Positions 1-9,560 of a stretch of DNA of 64,000 nucleotides are shown one piece after another (within the stretch, counting starts at the first letter, position 1; each line of letters opens with the position of its first letter). This DNA comes from Bryobacterales bacterium (lineage in GTDB: Bacteria; Acidobacteriota; Terriglobia; Bryobacterales; UBA6623): the NCBI GenBank assembly GCA_963422375.2, contig OY729428.2, positions 1,632,001-1,696,000 on the forward strand. The letters run 5' to 3'. The notes below the pieces were generated by a model, which saw only the letters and a list, made by a program, of their open reading frames with translations, had not been told where the DNA came from and did not search any database. The position numbers and the translations under genes are program-made.

Positions 1-51
1 CCAGGGCGACCGAGCAGATTACCGCGCTGGCGACCGGAAGCCTCGCCTCGC

Positions 52-1500
52 TCACCTCCAAGGAGCTTCCCTTTCGGCTAGGGCGGCGTATGCGTCGGTG
101 TACGTGCCTGCCATGCGCTCCTCCCAGGCCGCCGCGATGGCAGGATCCTCGGGCTCCTCGCCGTGGTCGCCGGTCTGCTGGATCCAGAGATCGAGCACCG
201 AGGACATCTTGGTCAGTGTCTGCATATGTTCGACCGCGGCTGCCAGATTGCGCAGCTCGTCGGGATCCTCCGCGGTGTCGTAGAGCTCTTCCTCCGGGCG
301 CGCGCGGGCTAGGAAGGGGAATTCCTCTGCCGTGATGCTGCCTGCCCGCTCGAGTCGCTGCATCTGCCGCCAGATCGGGTACGAGACCTCCTTGTAGCGG
401 TTCAGCTGCATGTAGGGGCGCTCGGGATGGTAGTTCCTGATGTACTTGAAGCGCTTGTCGCGAACCGCTCGGATGCGATCCACGGTCTCGTCGCAGCGGT
501 CGCGTGCGGCGAAGACGTACTCCCGGTCGGGCATCTTGCCCGGCCCGAGGAACACGCGCCCTTCCATGTGCTCGGGGACCTCGATGCCGGCGATCGCGAG
601 GGAGGTGGCCGAGATGTCGATGCCGCTCACCAGCTCGTCGCGCTCGCTGCCCGGTTCCAGCGTTCCGGGCCAGCGGACGATCAGCGGGACACGGATGCCC
701 CCGTCGTAGAGGAACTGCTTGTCCCTCGGCATCGGGCGCCCGTGGTCGCCGAAGAAAATCACCACCGTCCGATCTGCCAAGCCGTCCTCGTCGATGCGGT
801 CGAGCACGCGGCCGACCTTCTCGTCGAGCAGCCTCACTGCGTCCAGGTAGCCCGCCCAGTCCGCTCTGGAAACCTCGTCCTGGGGGTAGTACCGAGGCGG
901 CTCGACGGCGGCCGGATCCGTCGGCTCCAGCTTCCCCTCGGTGAAAGCCCACACGTCGGGTGGCCGCCCCCGGTGCGGCTCGAAGATGTTGACCTGGGCG
1001 TAGAACGGCTGGCCCGGCCCGCGGTCGCGCCAGTCGGACCCGTCGAACGGCTTCCCGTGCTTGAAATTGAAGTCGGTCTTGTTGCGCCCGCCCAGCCCGC
1101 TTTCGTGATCGTTCGACGTGAAGTAGCCGGCTTCGCGGAAGTAGTCCGTGATGAGCCGCACGGGAGCGGGCAGCTCGTAGCCGTCGCCGCGGTGGCTCCG
1201 GTGCGCGTGCGCGCCGATGCTGGTCTGGTACATCCCCGTGATCAGAGCGGACCGCGAGGGCGAGCATACCGGGCAGGTCACGTAGGCGTTGGTGAACCGA
1301 GCTCCCTCGGAAGCCAGCCGGTCGATGTTGGGCGTGCTGACGTCCCGCCTGCCGTAGCAGGACAGGTCTGCCGAGAGGTCGTCGGCGACGATCCAGACCA
1401 CGTTCCACCGTTCCGGCCCGGCGTCGGCGCAGCCGGACATCACCCCCGCGACGGATCCCGCTGCCAAGGCGCCCACGAAATCCCTGCGGGTGCCAGTCAT
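52..1500 (-). CDS. Sulfatase (Cys-type FGly), Tat lipoprotein
   Basis: NVVWIVADD, CSPSRSALITG motif, GDHG; N-terminal TRRDFVG and lipobox-like MSGC. Confidence 0.93.
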   Translation of the reverse strand: MTGTRRDFVGALAAGSVAGVMSGCADAGPERWNVVWIVADDLSADLSCYGRRDVSTPNIDRLASEGARFTNAYVTCPVCSPSRSALITGMYQTSIGAHAHRSHRGDGYELPAPVRLITDYFREAGYFTSNDHESGLGGRNKTDFNFKHGKPFDGSDWRDRGPGQPFYAQVNIFEPHRGRPPDVWAFTEGKLEPTDPAAVEPPRYYPQDEVSRADWAGYLDAVRLLDEKVGRVLDRIDEDGLADRTVVIFFGDHGRPMPRDKQFLYDGGIRVPLIVRWPGTLEPGSERDELVSGIDISATSLAIAGIEVPEHMEGRVFLGPGKMPDREYVFAARDRCDETVDRIRAVRDKRFKYIRNYHPERPYMQLNRYKEVSYPIWRQMQRLERAGSITAEEFPFLARARPEEELYDTAEDPDELRNLAAAVEHMQTLTKMSSVLDLWIQQTGDHGEEPEDPAIAAAWEERMAGTYTDAYAALAEREAPWR

Positions 1501-1537
1501 GGTTGCCTCGTGGAATGTCGTGCGTCGTCGGCTCGCG

Positions 1538-2932
1538 TCATGGATTCCGAATATTGTATAGGAAAGTGAACTGCAGCCGGATGTCCCCGCCGAGATACTC
1601 GCCGGGCAGCGGAGGGAACGGGTTGGATGCGCTGATGCCGGCCACTGCCGCCCGGTCGAGGGCCGAGGACCCGGAGCTCTTCGCGATGACGAGCTTCGGC
1701 ACGGCCCCGCCGCGGGCGACCGAGAACTGAATCAGCGTGCGGCCCTGGCTCATGCCGAGGCGCGCGCTCTCGGGTATCACGGCCAGCCAGTTTCGCCGGA
1801 CCGCGGCCAGCAATTGGGTGAGGTACGGCCGGAAATCCACTCCGCGGGGATCGCTCAGCAGCTCGAGGCGGCTGCCGGAATGGGAGGGTCTCGACGGTAG
1901 CCGGGCCGGCGAGGCAATACCCCCGGCGCCGTCGCCCACGGCCTGCCTCGGACCGCCGTCGCGAATCATCTGCTGGATGGCGCCCTGCACCATTTGGCCG
2001 GGGCGAGCGGCGAGCTCCAGAGCGCCCAGCTGCGGGCTGCCCTGATGGCTCGGCATCCGGGCCCTGGGGTCCTCCAGCTGCAGCGCCGCTCGCTTGCGCG
2101 AAGGGGCCTTGGGCATCGGCAACAGCCTCGGGTCACGGTCCAAGGCGAGCTCCGGTCCCTGTCGGAACTCCCCCGGGGAGGGGCTCTGCGCCACTGGTGG
2201 CTCCGCAACCTCCGGCTCCGCTGCCTCCGCGAGAGCCGGCGGCTCCTCGGACGGCCCCGGCTCTTCCGTCTCGACCGGCTGCGCGACCGGCTCGGGAGCG
2301 GGCCTCTCCTGCTCGGGAGCGGGCGGAGCGTCGAGGGCTGGCTCGGGCACGGGAGGAGGCGTGATCGACGGCTGCTGCATCCCGCGGAAGCCCCCTTCGC
2401 CGTCGCCCGGCACCTTGGATTCGCCGCGCAGAGGCGGCAGATCGTCCAGCGGCGGAGCGATCAGAGTGATGCGCAGCGAGTTCCAGTCGGCCGGCTCTGA
2501 CACGTCGAGCTGCATCACGCGCGGTGTGAACAGGAGTGCTAGGACCACCGCATGCGCCGCTACGGAGAGGGCCGTCGACTGCACGCGCCACGCGTGGGAT
2601 CGCTGGCCCCGCCAGTCCGTTTCCAAGCGCAGGGGCGTTCTCGTGTCCGGCGCCCACCCTTCGCTTCCGCGAGCCTCGCTGAAGCGCTTCCACGGGTCGA
2701 AGCGCGCCGCATCGAATTCGGGCGCCGGCTCGTCCGGGCGCACCCGAAGCGGCAAGGCAGGGTGGCGGGAAGACTGCCAGCGCAGCCGCGCCTCGAAGCT
2801 GCGCGCCTCCAGCCAGAGCGGGTGCTCGCTCGGCGCGAGCCGCGAGGCACTGGAGCCCGAGGCGCGCCTCGACACGCTCCTGCCGTAGTCGTCCAGCAGG
2901 AGGAGCAGCTCCTTGTTGTCCCGGTCCTGCAA
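1538..2932 (-). CDS. TonB C-terminal domain protein (energy transducer TonB-like)
   Basis: TM segment SVAAHAVVLALLF, Pro/Glu-rich linker, C-terminal SSGSSALDRAAVAGISASNPFPPLP; start codon uncertain. Confidence 0.8.
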   Translation of the reverse strand: MQDRDNKELLLLLDDYGRSVSRRASGSSASRLAPSEHPLWLEARSFEARLRWQSSRHPALPLRVRPDEPAPEFDAARFDPWKRFSEARGSEGWAPDTRTPLRLETDWRGQRSHAWRVQSTALSVAAHAVVLALLFTPRVMQLDVSEPADWNSLRITLIAPPLDDLPPLRGESKVPGDGEGGFRGMQQPSITPPPVPEPALDAPPAPEQERPAPEPVAQPVETEEPGPSEEPPALAEAAEPEVAEPPVAQSPSPGEFRQGPELALDRDPRLLPMPKAPSRKRAALQLEDPRARMPSHQGSPQLGALELAARPGQMVQGAIQQMIRDGGPRQAVGDGAGGIASPARLPSRPSHSGSRLELLSDPRGVDFRPYLTQLLAAVRRNWLAVIPESARLGMSQGRTLIQFSVARGGAVPKLVIAKSSGSSALDRAAVAGISASNPFPPLPGEYLGGDIRLQFTFLYNIRNP

Positions 2933-2933
2933 G

Positions 2934-3899
2934 TTAAGCTCGGGCGGCTAGGGTCCTCGCGACCACTTGCGAATGCTCGTCGATCGCCTGCCTTATTCTA
3001 AGTGCCAGACGCAGCGTCTCGAGTCCGTCCCGCCCGCTCACTCGCGGGCGCGAGCGCTCGCGCACGCAGGCCAGGAAGGACTTCAGCTGGCGCTCTAGCG
3101 GTTCCGCGTCCGGCGGCGCCAGGGGACGCGCTCGGATTCGATTCGCCTCGTCCAGCGCGATGCGCACGCCCCGGCGGCGGATGTAGTCGATCGAGACGTA
3201 TTCCCTGGGCTGGAAGAAGCGCAGCTTGCGGACACGCTCCGTCGATACGCGGCTTGCCGTTAGGTTGGCGACGCAGCCGTTCCGGAACTGGATGCGGGCG
3301 TTGGCAATGTCGGTGCGGTCGGACACGACCGACATTCCGCTCGCGTCCACGCGGGCGGCCTCCGCATCGACGAGGCTCCGCACCACGTCGAGATCGTGAA
3401 TCATCAGGTCCAGCACCACGTCGACGTCGAGGCTGCGCGGGGTGAACGGGCTGAGGCGGTGGACTTCAAAGAAGAGCGGCAGCGTGGCGGCCGCCGCGGC
3501 GGCCTCGACCGCGGGGTTGAAGCGCTCCAGGTGGCCGACCTGCAGCAGGCGGCCCTGCGCGGCCGCCGTCTCGGCGAGCTCCTCGGCCGAGGCGGCGTCC
3601 GGTGCCAGCGGCTTCTCCACCAGGATGTCGACGCCCTGCCGCACCAGGGCGAGCCCCACGCTGGCGTGTTGCGCGGTGGGTACCGCGACGCTTGCCGCCT
3701 GCACGCCGGCTGAGAGGCCCTCGAGTGACGTGCGGGCGTCGCAGCCGAACTCGGCCGCGACTCGCTCGGCGCGATCACCGTCGCGGTCGACGACCGCCAC
3801 GAGCGCGGCCTCCGGCAGGTCGGCGTAGACGCGGGCGTGCTGCCTCCCGAAGGCGCCGACGCCGACGACAGCGACCCGGATGGGCTGCCTGCAGCGCAC
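2934..3899 (-). CDS. Gfo/Idh/MocA family oxidoreductase
   Basis: IRVAVVGVGAFG, VEKPL, GHLERFNPA, DLMIHDLD; GTG at 3899 chosen to avoid overlap with the upstream gene. Confidence 0.9.
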   Translation of the reverse strand: MRCRQPIRVAVVGVGAFGRQHARVYADLPEAALVAVVDRDGDRAERVAAEFGCDARTSLEGLSAGVQAASVAVPTAQHASVGLALVRQGVDILVEKPLAPDAASAEELAETAAAQGRLLQVGHLERFNPAVEAAAAAATLPLFFEVHRLSPFTPRSLDVDVVLDLMIHDLDVVRSLVDAEAARVDASGMSVVSDRTDIANARIQFRNGCVANLTASRVSTERVRKLRFFQPREYVSIDYIRRRGVRIALDEANRIRARPLAPPDAEPLERQLKSFLACVRERSRPRVSGRDGLETLRLALRIRQAIDEHSQVVARTLAARA

Positions 3900-3903
3900 G
3901 CCG

Positions 3904-5370
3904 CTACTCGGCTGGACTCGTGCGCAGGTCGTAGGCCGCCATCTCGGTCTGGTTCCGCACCAAGAGGATTCCGTCGGACAGTGCCGGGACATTCCATGTC
4001 TTGCCCGGAATCGACTCGAAGCGCACGATCTCGCGATATTCCTCGGGAGTCGCTTCGACGAGCGCGAGGTCGCCTTCCTCGCTGACCACGATCAAGTGGC
4101 CCTGCGCGAGCAAGAGCTGCCCGAAGCGGTAGCGACCATTCTTCCAGAGCCGCTCGCCGGTGCGCACGTCGACCGCCGCCAAGATGCCCTCGTCAAGCCC
4201 GTACACGACGCCGTCCGCCAGCACGGAGGGATTGAACTTGTTCTTCATGGTGCGACTGAACCAGACCTGCTCGACCGCGAAGCCGTCGCCCTCGGCAGAG
4301 ACCTTCAGCAGGCTGGCGCCGTGGCCGTAGCCGGAAGAGACGAATACGTGGCTGTCGTCGACCGCGAGCGGCTGGGCGCAGTTCGCGTCGTAGCTGGTCT
4401 TCCACCCGACGCTCCAGAGTTCCGATCCGTCCTCCAGCGAGGCTCCCAGCACCTTGGTGCCGTTCACGATCAGCAGCTGCCGTCGCCCGGCCAGCGTCGC
4501 GACCTGGGGCGACACGTATCCGGCCTTGTCGCCGAGAGCGGACCAGAGGACGTCGCCGGTCACGCTGTCGTAGGCGAAGATCGACTTGCCGTTACGGCCC
4601 CCGGGAACGGTCACCACCATTCCGTCGACCACAAGCGGCGCGCCGGCCATGCCCCAGGTCAGATTCTCGGCCTCGGCGTCGCGCAGAATGTTGCGCTTCC
4701 AGAGGAGCTCCCCGTTCGCGGCATCCAGGCATACGAGGTGACCGCCGGCTCCAAGCGCGTAGAGGCGGCCATCGGACCAGGTCGGGGTCGCCCTTGGGCC
4801 GTCGCCGCCCATGGACTCGCTGAATCGCGCGTCCCACGCGTGCTCCCAGACCTGCCGCCCGTCGGCCAGCGCGTACGCCGCCGCCACCTCGCGGTCGCGC
4901 CGCTGCTCGATCGTGTACACGAGGCCGTTCGCCACGACCATCGAGGCGTAGCCTCCGCCCACCTGCTGGCGCCACAGCTCCGGCGGGCCCTCCTGCGGCC
5001 AGTCTAGGTCGAGGGGCGTCTGGTCGTAGCGCCCCGCGCGCCCGGGCCCGCGGTACTCTGTCCAGTAGTTCCGGAGGCCCGCGCCGGGGGCTTCCTCCGT
5101 TGCGGCAGGCTTCGCCATCGCCGCACCGGCCGAGGCGAGCTGCTCCCTTGAAGGATGCCCTTGAGCGGCTGCCTCCCGCCGTCGGTCCTCCTCGATCTCG
5201 CGCTGGCGGCTCTCGGCGTCGACGTACTCGACCACAATGCTCCGCCCTGACCCGGCCAGTCCGATCGTTGCGCCGGACGCCTGCAGGTACAGGAAGACCG
5301 CACCCGCCACGCCGGCTACGATGCAGAGGATGTATAGGCCCGCTCGGATAGCCGGCTTCGCGATAGCCAT
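3904..5370 (-). CDS. PQQ-binding-like beta-propeller repeat protein
   Basis: N-terminal TM, WTEYRGPGRAG, repeated LDAANGELLWK-type blades. Confidence 0.88.
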   Translation of the reverse strand: MAIAKPAIRAGLYILCIVAGVAGAVFLYLQASGATIGLAGSGRSIVVEYVDAESRQREIEEDRRREAAAQGHPSREQLASAGAAMAKPAATEEAPGAGLRNYWTEYRGPGRAGRYDQTPLDLDWPQEGPPELWRQQVGGGYASMVVANGLVYTIEQRRDREVAAAYALADGRQVWEHAWDARFSESMGGDGPRATPTWSDGRLYALGAGGHLVCLDAANGELLWKRNILRDAEAENLTWGMAGAPLVVDGMVVTVPGGRNGKSIFAYDSVTGDVLWSALGDKAGYVSPQVATLAGRRQLLIVNGTKVLGASLEDGSELWSVGWKTSYDANCAQPLAVDDSHVFVSSGYGHGASLLKVSAEGDGFAVEQVWFSRTMKNKFNPSVLADGVVYGLDEGILAAVDVRTGERLWKNGRYRFGQLLLAQGHLIVVSEEGDLALVEATPEEYREIVRFESIPGKTWNVPALSDGILLVRNQTEMAAYDLRTSPAE

Positions 5371-5417
5371 GGTGATATCAACTCCCTGTCGGGCCGCTCG
5401 GTCCCGCTGGTCCTAGC

Positions 5418-7073
5418 CTAGCGAACGTACCGCTGGGCGATCGGGAATCGGCGTCCCATGCCGAACGCCTTCGACGTCACGCGCAGCCCCGGGGCAGCCT
5501 GCTGGCGCTTGTACTCGTTGCTTTCGACCCTTCGCGCGATGTCACGGACCAAGTCGAGCGGCTGCGCCAGCCGGTCCGCGATCTCGGCGGCCGACAGGTT
5601 CTCCTCGACGTAGAGCCGCAGGATCGGATCGAGGCTCTCGTAGGGGGGCAGGGAATCGGAATCCCTCTGGTCCGGGCGTAGCTCCGCGGAGGGGGGCTTG
5701 GTCAGGACGGACCGGGGAATTGCACCTGGACGGCGCCGGTTCCCGACCCCGGCCAGCTTGTAGGCCAGGGTCTTGGGGACGTCGCTGATCACGGCGAGGC
5801 CGCCGCACATGTCGCCGTAGATCGTGCAGTAGCCCACCGCCAGCTCGCTCTTGTTCCCGGTGGTGAGCACCATGCAGTCGAACTTGTTCGAAAGCGCCAT
5901 CAGCACGACTCCGCGGAGGCGCGCCTGCAGGTTCTCCTCGGTCACGTCCGGAGGCGCGTCGGCGAAGGCCCGCGCCAGCTGGCGTTCAAACGCCTCGAAG
6001 GCCGGCACGATGCCGATCGTCTCGAACCGGATCCCGAGCGCCCGGGCCGTGTGCCGGGCGTCGGCGAGGCTCCCGGCCGACGAGTACGGGCCGGGCATTG
6101 CGACCCCTGTGACGTTGTCGGGTCCAAGCGCCTCGGCGGCAATCAACACCGTGAGCGATGAGTCGATGCCGCCGCTCAGCCCTACGATGGCCTTGCGGAA
6201 TCCGCACTTCGTGACGTAGTCGCGCGTCCCGGTCACCAAGGCGTCGAAGACGGCCTCGACCTCGTCGCTGCCGGTCGCCGCCCAGTCCGTTCCGTGCCGG
6301 TCGCCCCCGCCGTCGGTGTCCCAGAAAACGAGATCCTCGCGGAACGAGTCGGCGCGCGCGCACACATTCCCGTCGGCGGCGATGGCGAAGCTCGCCCCGT
6401 CGAAGACCAGCTGGTCGTTGCCGCCGACTTGGTTGACGAGGACGGCGGGGACGCTGTGACGCGCGGCAGCGGCGCGCAGCAGCTCGAGGCGGAAGCCCCG
6501 CTTGCCCATGTGGTACGGCGACGCGGAGACGTTGACCAGCAGGTCGATGCCTTGCGCGGCCAGTTCTTCCACGGGATCTCTCGAGTACCGGGACCGCTCC
6601 CAGAACTGCTTGTCGTTCCAAGCGTCCTCGCAGATCGTGAAGCCGACCCGCACGGACCCGAGAGTCCACGAGCGGGGACGGTCGCCCGGCGCGAAGTAGC
6701 GCGATTCGTCGAACACGTCGTAGGTCGGCAGGAGCAGCTTGCGGGTTCGCAATTCCACCCTGCCATGGCGGATGCACGCTAGGCAGTTCGCCGCCTTGCC
6801 GCCTTGGTCCGCGACGCCGCAGTAGCCGACCGCCAAGGCCGTCCGCAGGCCCTTGGTCCGCTCCGCGAGCCATAGCAGGCGCGATTCGTTCGCCTCGAGG
6901 TACCCGGCCGTCTCGACCAAGTCGAGCGGAGGGTATCCGCTGACGGACAGTTCGGGGAAGACGACCAAGTCCGCCCCGGCCGCCTCCGCGCGTTCCGCAT
7001 AGCGCAGGATCCGCTGGCCGTTCGCGTCGAGGTCGCCCACGGTGGGATTGACCTGGGCCAGTGCCAGCTTCAT
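5418..7073 (-). CDS. nadE: Glutamine-dependent NAD+ synthetase
   Basis: CN-hydrolase domain (FPEL, ICED) plus GLSGGIDS, TGNKSE, PPSAELRPDQ. Confidence 0.96.
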   Translation of the reverse strand: MKLALAQVNPTVGDLDANGQRILRYAERAEAAGADLVVFPELSVSGYPPLDLVETAGYLEANESRLLWLAERTKGLRTALAVGYCGVADQGGKAANCLACIRHGRVELRTRKLLLPTYDVFDESRYFAPGDRPRSWTLGSVRVGFTICEDAWNDKQFWERSRYSRDPVEELAAQGIDLLVNVSASPYHMGKRGFRLELLRAAAARHSVPAVLVNQVGGNDQLVFDGASFAIAADGNVCARADSFREDLVFWDTDGGGDRHGTDWAATGSDEVEAVFDALVTGTRDYVTKCGFRKAIVGLSGGIDSSLTVLIAAEALGPDNVTGVAMPGPYSSAGSLADARHTARALGIRFETIGIVPAFEAFERQLARAFADAPPDVTEENLQARLRGVVLMALSNKFDCMVLTTGNKSELAVGYCTIYGDMCGGLAVISDVPKTLAYKLAGVGNRRRPGAIPRSVLTKPPSAELRPDQRDSDSLPPYESLDPILRLYVEENLSAAEIADRLAQPLDLVRDIARRVESNEYKRQQAAPGLRVTSKAFGMGRRFPIAQRYVR

Positions 7074-7127
7074 CGCGCTCCTTCCGCACTGTAGCGAGGC
7101 GGCTCGCGGGCAGCGAGGGATGAGCGC

Positions 7128-8129
7128 CTAGGAGGGAGGCGGCTGGGAGTCGCCGGGCACGTCGATCGATTCTACGGTCAACTCCCGAATCTCGTCGATC
7201 CTGTATTGCACCGCCTGGCCGCTGTCATTGCGCACGGACAGCGCGTACTCGACCTGCACGCGCTGCGAAGAGATCAGCAAGCCGCCTCGATTGACGGTGG
7301 TCTCGGAGCTGCCCCTGACGCTTGCGCTCCCGTGGTTCGCCGGAAGCGTCGGGACGAGCGCGCCCTTGGCAGCCGCAAGGGTCGACTCGTCGACTCCCTG
7401 AGGGGCCGCGACGAGGGCCACGGGGTCGCTGTTGAAGCGCCTTGAGACGCTGAGAACGGCGCTCTGTGGCGCGGAACGGCTCAGCGTGGCGACGGAGTAG
7501 ACCACCGCGCGGCCGCCATAAGGCAGGTCGTGCAATGCCGCCGACGCACGCGGCTGGTCGACGGTGAAGGTCTCCCCTAGCAGGCCGTCGTAGGTCAGCT
7601 CGTATTCGCGCCGGTCCTGCCGGGCGAGTGAATCCAAGTTGAGCAGGCGCGAAATGCTCGACGCGACTTGGTCGGGCAGTCTCGTACGCATCGCTTCCGG
7701 CAGCCGCTCGTACCCATGCACCTTGTGCAGCCGGCCCTGCTTGTCGAGCTGGTAGGTCAAGTCCAGATCCCGCATGGAGGCGTGAACGGGGCTCCCGACG
7801 GGAGTGCCGTCGCTCTTGAGCGTTTGCGAGACGAGGCGAGTGAGATTGGAGAACCCGGTGTCGGTGCAGGCGACAAGAACCCGGCTGACACGCTCCCGGA
7901 CGTCCGTCACGGGCGGCTGGCCCTCCACGGCGGTCTCGCGTCGCAGCGTTTCGGTAACCTCAAACAGCGACCCGTTCTCCGGAGCGTAGACGAGCTCGAC
8001 GGATCCGGCAGCCTCGGCGAGGACCCCGGCCTGAGGCGAGGCCGCCCCGGAGAACAGCAGCAGGAAGCACGGCAGCAGGGCCAGCCTGCGGAGAGTTGGT
8101 TGCATCGTGGTCATCGCGCTATCTCCCAA
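7128..8129 (-). CDS. Hypothetical exported protein
   Basis: Signal-peptide-like N-terminus, co-directional with neighbours; no family recognised. Confidence 0.7.
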   Translation of the reverse strand: MGDSAMTTMQPTLRRLALLPCFLLLFSGAASPQAGVLAEAAGSVELVYAPENGSLFEVTETLRRETAVEGQPPVTDVRERVSRVLVACTDTGFSNLTRLVSQTLKSDGTPVGSPVHASMRDLDLTYQLDKQGRLHKVHGYERLPEAMRTRLPDQVASSISRLLNLDSLARQDRREYELTYDGLLGETFTVDQPRASAALHDLPYGGRAVVYSVATLSRSAPQSAVLSVSRRFNSDPVALVAAPQGVDESTLAAAKGALVPTLPANHGSASVRGSSETTVNRGGLLISSQRVQVEYALSVRNDSGQAVQYRIDEIRELTVESIDVPGDSQPPPS

Positions 8130-8199
8130 GTCCGCTGCGTCGTCTGCTCCGGACTGAACTCCGCTGGCAACTCTGGCCCTCGCGCCGACTGCACTCTGC

Positions 8200-9420
8200 C
8201 TAGAAAGTCTTGCCGTCGTTGAGGGTGAGCCGGAAGGGCTCCCTGCGCAGGCCGGCGGCCACGCCCTCGACGGTGAGCATGGTGCCCCTGCGCACGCCAG
8301 TCCGGCGACGGTTCTCCAGGTTGAGAACCACCTCGGTCGATCCGCCTGGCTCGCTTGTCAGGTTGATGGTCGCGGGCCGCTCGGGGGGCGCGGCGGAGAC
8401 GACGTAAAGGCGCATCCTAGGCGACAGCGCCCCGTTGAGGCGCCCCCATGTCGTGGCCCCGTCCGGGCCGACCAGCGCTGTCCTTAGATCCTTGAACCTC
8501 CAGAGGAGCGGATTCTCCTTGCGGGACTTCTGCTCCGCCTCGAACTTGAGCTGATCTGTCGACTTGAGCTCGATCCGCTCGGTCGGCAGGGCGCTGGCCT
8601 TGGCCATCTCCTCGAACCTAGGCCAGTAGAGCTCGAAACTCTCATCGCCGTAGTTCTTCTTCAGCAGATTCTGGACGTACTCGAGCACCTGCGCCCGGCC
8701 CTCGGCGGTCATGGCACCCGGGCCGTCGTACAGCGCGGCCCTCGCGAAGGCGAAGAACGCGATGTCGTACTTGGAGGCATCATTCTGCGCCAGCACGACC
8801 TGGCCGAGCCAGTACGACACTTGCCCGCGGGAGGGATCGATCCCGAGTACCTTCCCGAGCGAAACCTCGGCTCCGGCGTTGTCCTTGTTCTGCATCTGCC
8901 CCCAGCCGATCGTCTGGTGGGCGGCCGCCTCGGCCTGCTGGCGAGCGTTGTCCCATGCATCCTGGGCGACTGTGTCAGGCTTGGTGCCGAACTGGGCCGG
9001 CAGGGCCTGCAGCAGGGCCTTCGCCGCCTTGGTGCTGTCCGCCACGATCTGGGCATCACCGGTGCCTAGGTTGGGGCTGAAGAGAGTGATGACGTAGTTC
9101 GCCGTGAAGTCACCTGGGACCTTGGCTAGCAGCTCCTTGGCTGCCTCCACCGCCTCGGCTGTCTTGCCGGTCTTCTGGTAGCTGTCGAGATAGAACCGAG
9201 TTCGCTCCAAGTGGTAGTCCGTCTCGGGGTACTTCTGCTTCCACTCGTCCAACAGTGCCAGCTTCTTGGTCGAGTCCGCCTCAGCGTAAACCTTGCTGAT
9301 GATGTCGTACTCCGCCCGGTCCTTGTACTCCTTCTTCTGCGGATTCGGGACGGCGACTGTGGCGACCATTAGCAGCAGGCACGCTGCGAGCGCGGATTGC
9401 GTAGCTTGTCTCAGATTCAT
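8200..9420 (-). CDS. Exported TPR-like helical repeat protein
   Basis: Signal peptide MNLRQATQSALAACLLL; TPR-like helices (LDEWKQKYPETDY, YWLGQVVLAQ). Confidence 0.82.
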   Translation of the reverse strand: MNLRQATQSALAACLLLMVATVAVPNPQKKEYKDRAEYDIISKVYAEADSTKKLALLDEWKQKYPETDYHLERTRFYLDSYQKTGKTAEAVEAAKELLAKVPGDFTANYVITLFSPNLGTGDAQIVADSTKAAKALLQALPAQFGTKPDTVAQDAWDNARQQAEAAAHQTIGWGQMQNKDNAGAEVSLGKVLGIDPSRGQVSYWLGQVVLAQNDASKYDIAFFAFARAALYDGPGAMTAEGRAQVLEYVQNLLKKNYGDESFELYWPRFEEMAKASALPTERIELKSTDQLKFEAEQKSRKENPLLWRFKDLRTALVGPDGATTWGRLNGALSPRMRLYVVSAAPPERPATINLTSEPGGSTEVVLNLENRRRTGVRRGTMLTVEGVAAGLRREPFRLTLNDGKTF

Positions 9421-9530
9421 TCTGAACTCCCGGAGCGTCCTCCGACGCGTGTGAGCAACCATAGCGCGAAGCCGCGAGGCATGCGAACGCTGCCGCATGC
9501 GACGCCGGCGATGCGCCGTACATTAGAGCG

Positions 9531-9560
9531 AGTATAGGACAACTGGGGCGGCGGGTGCAA
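9531..9560 (-). promoter_or_regulatory. Sigma70-like promoter for the TPR-like gene
   Basis: TTGCAC-18 bp-TATACT on the minus strand, about 110 bp upstream of ATG 9420. Confidence 0.55.
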
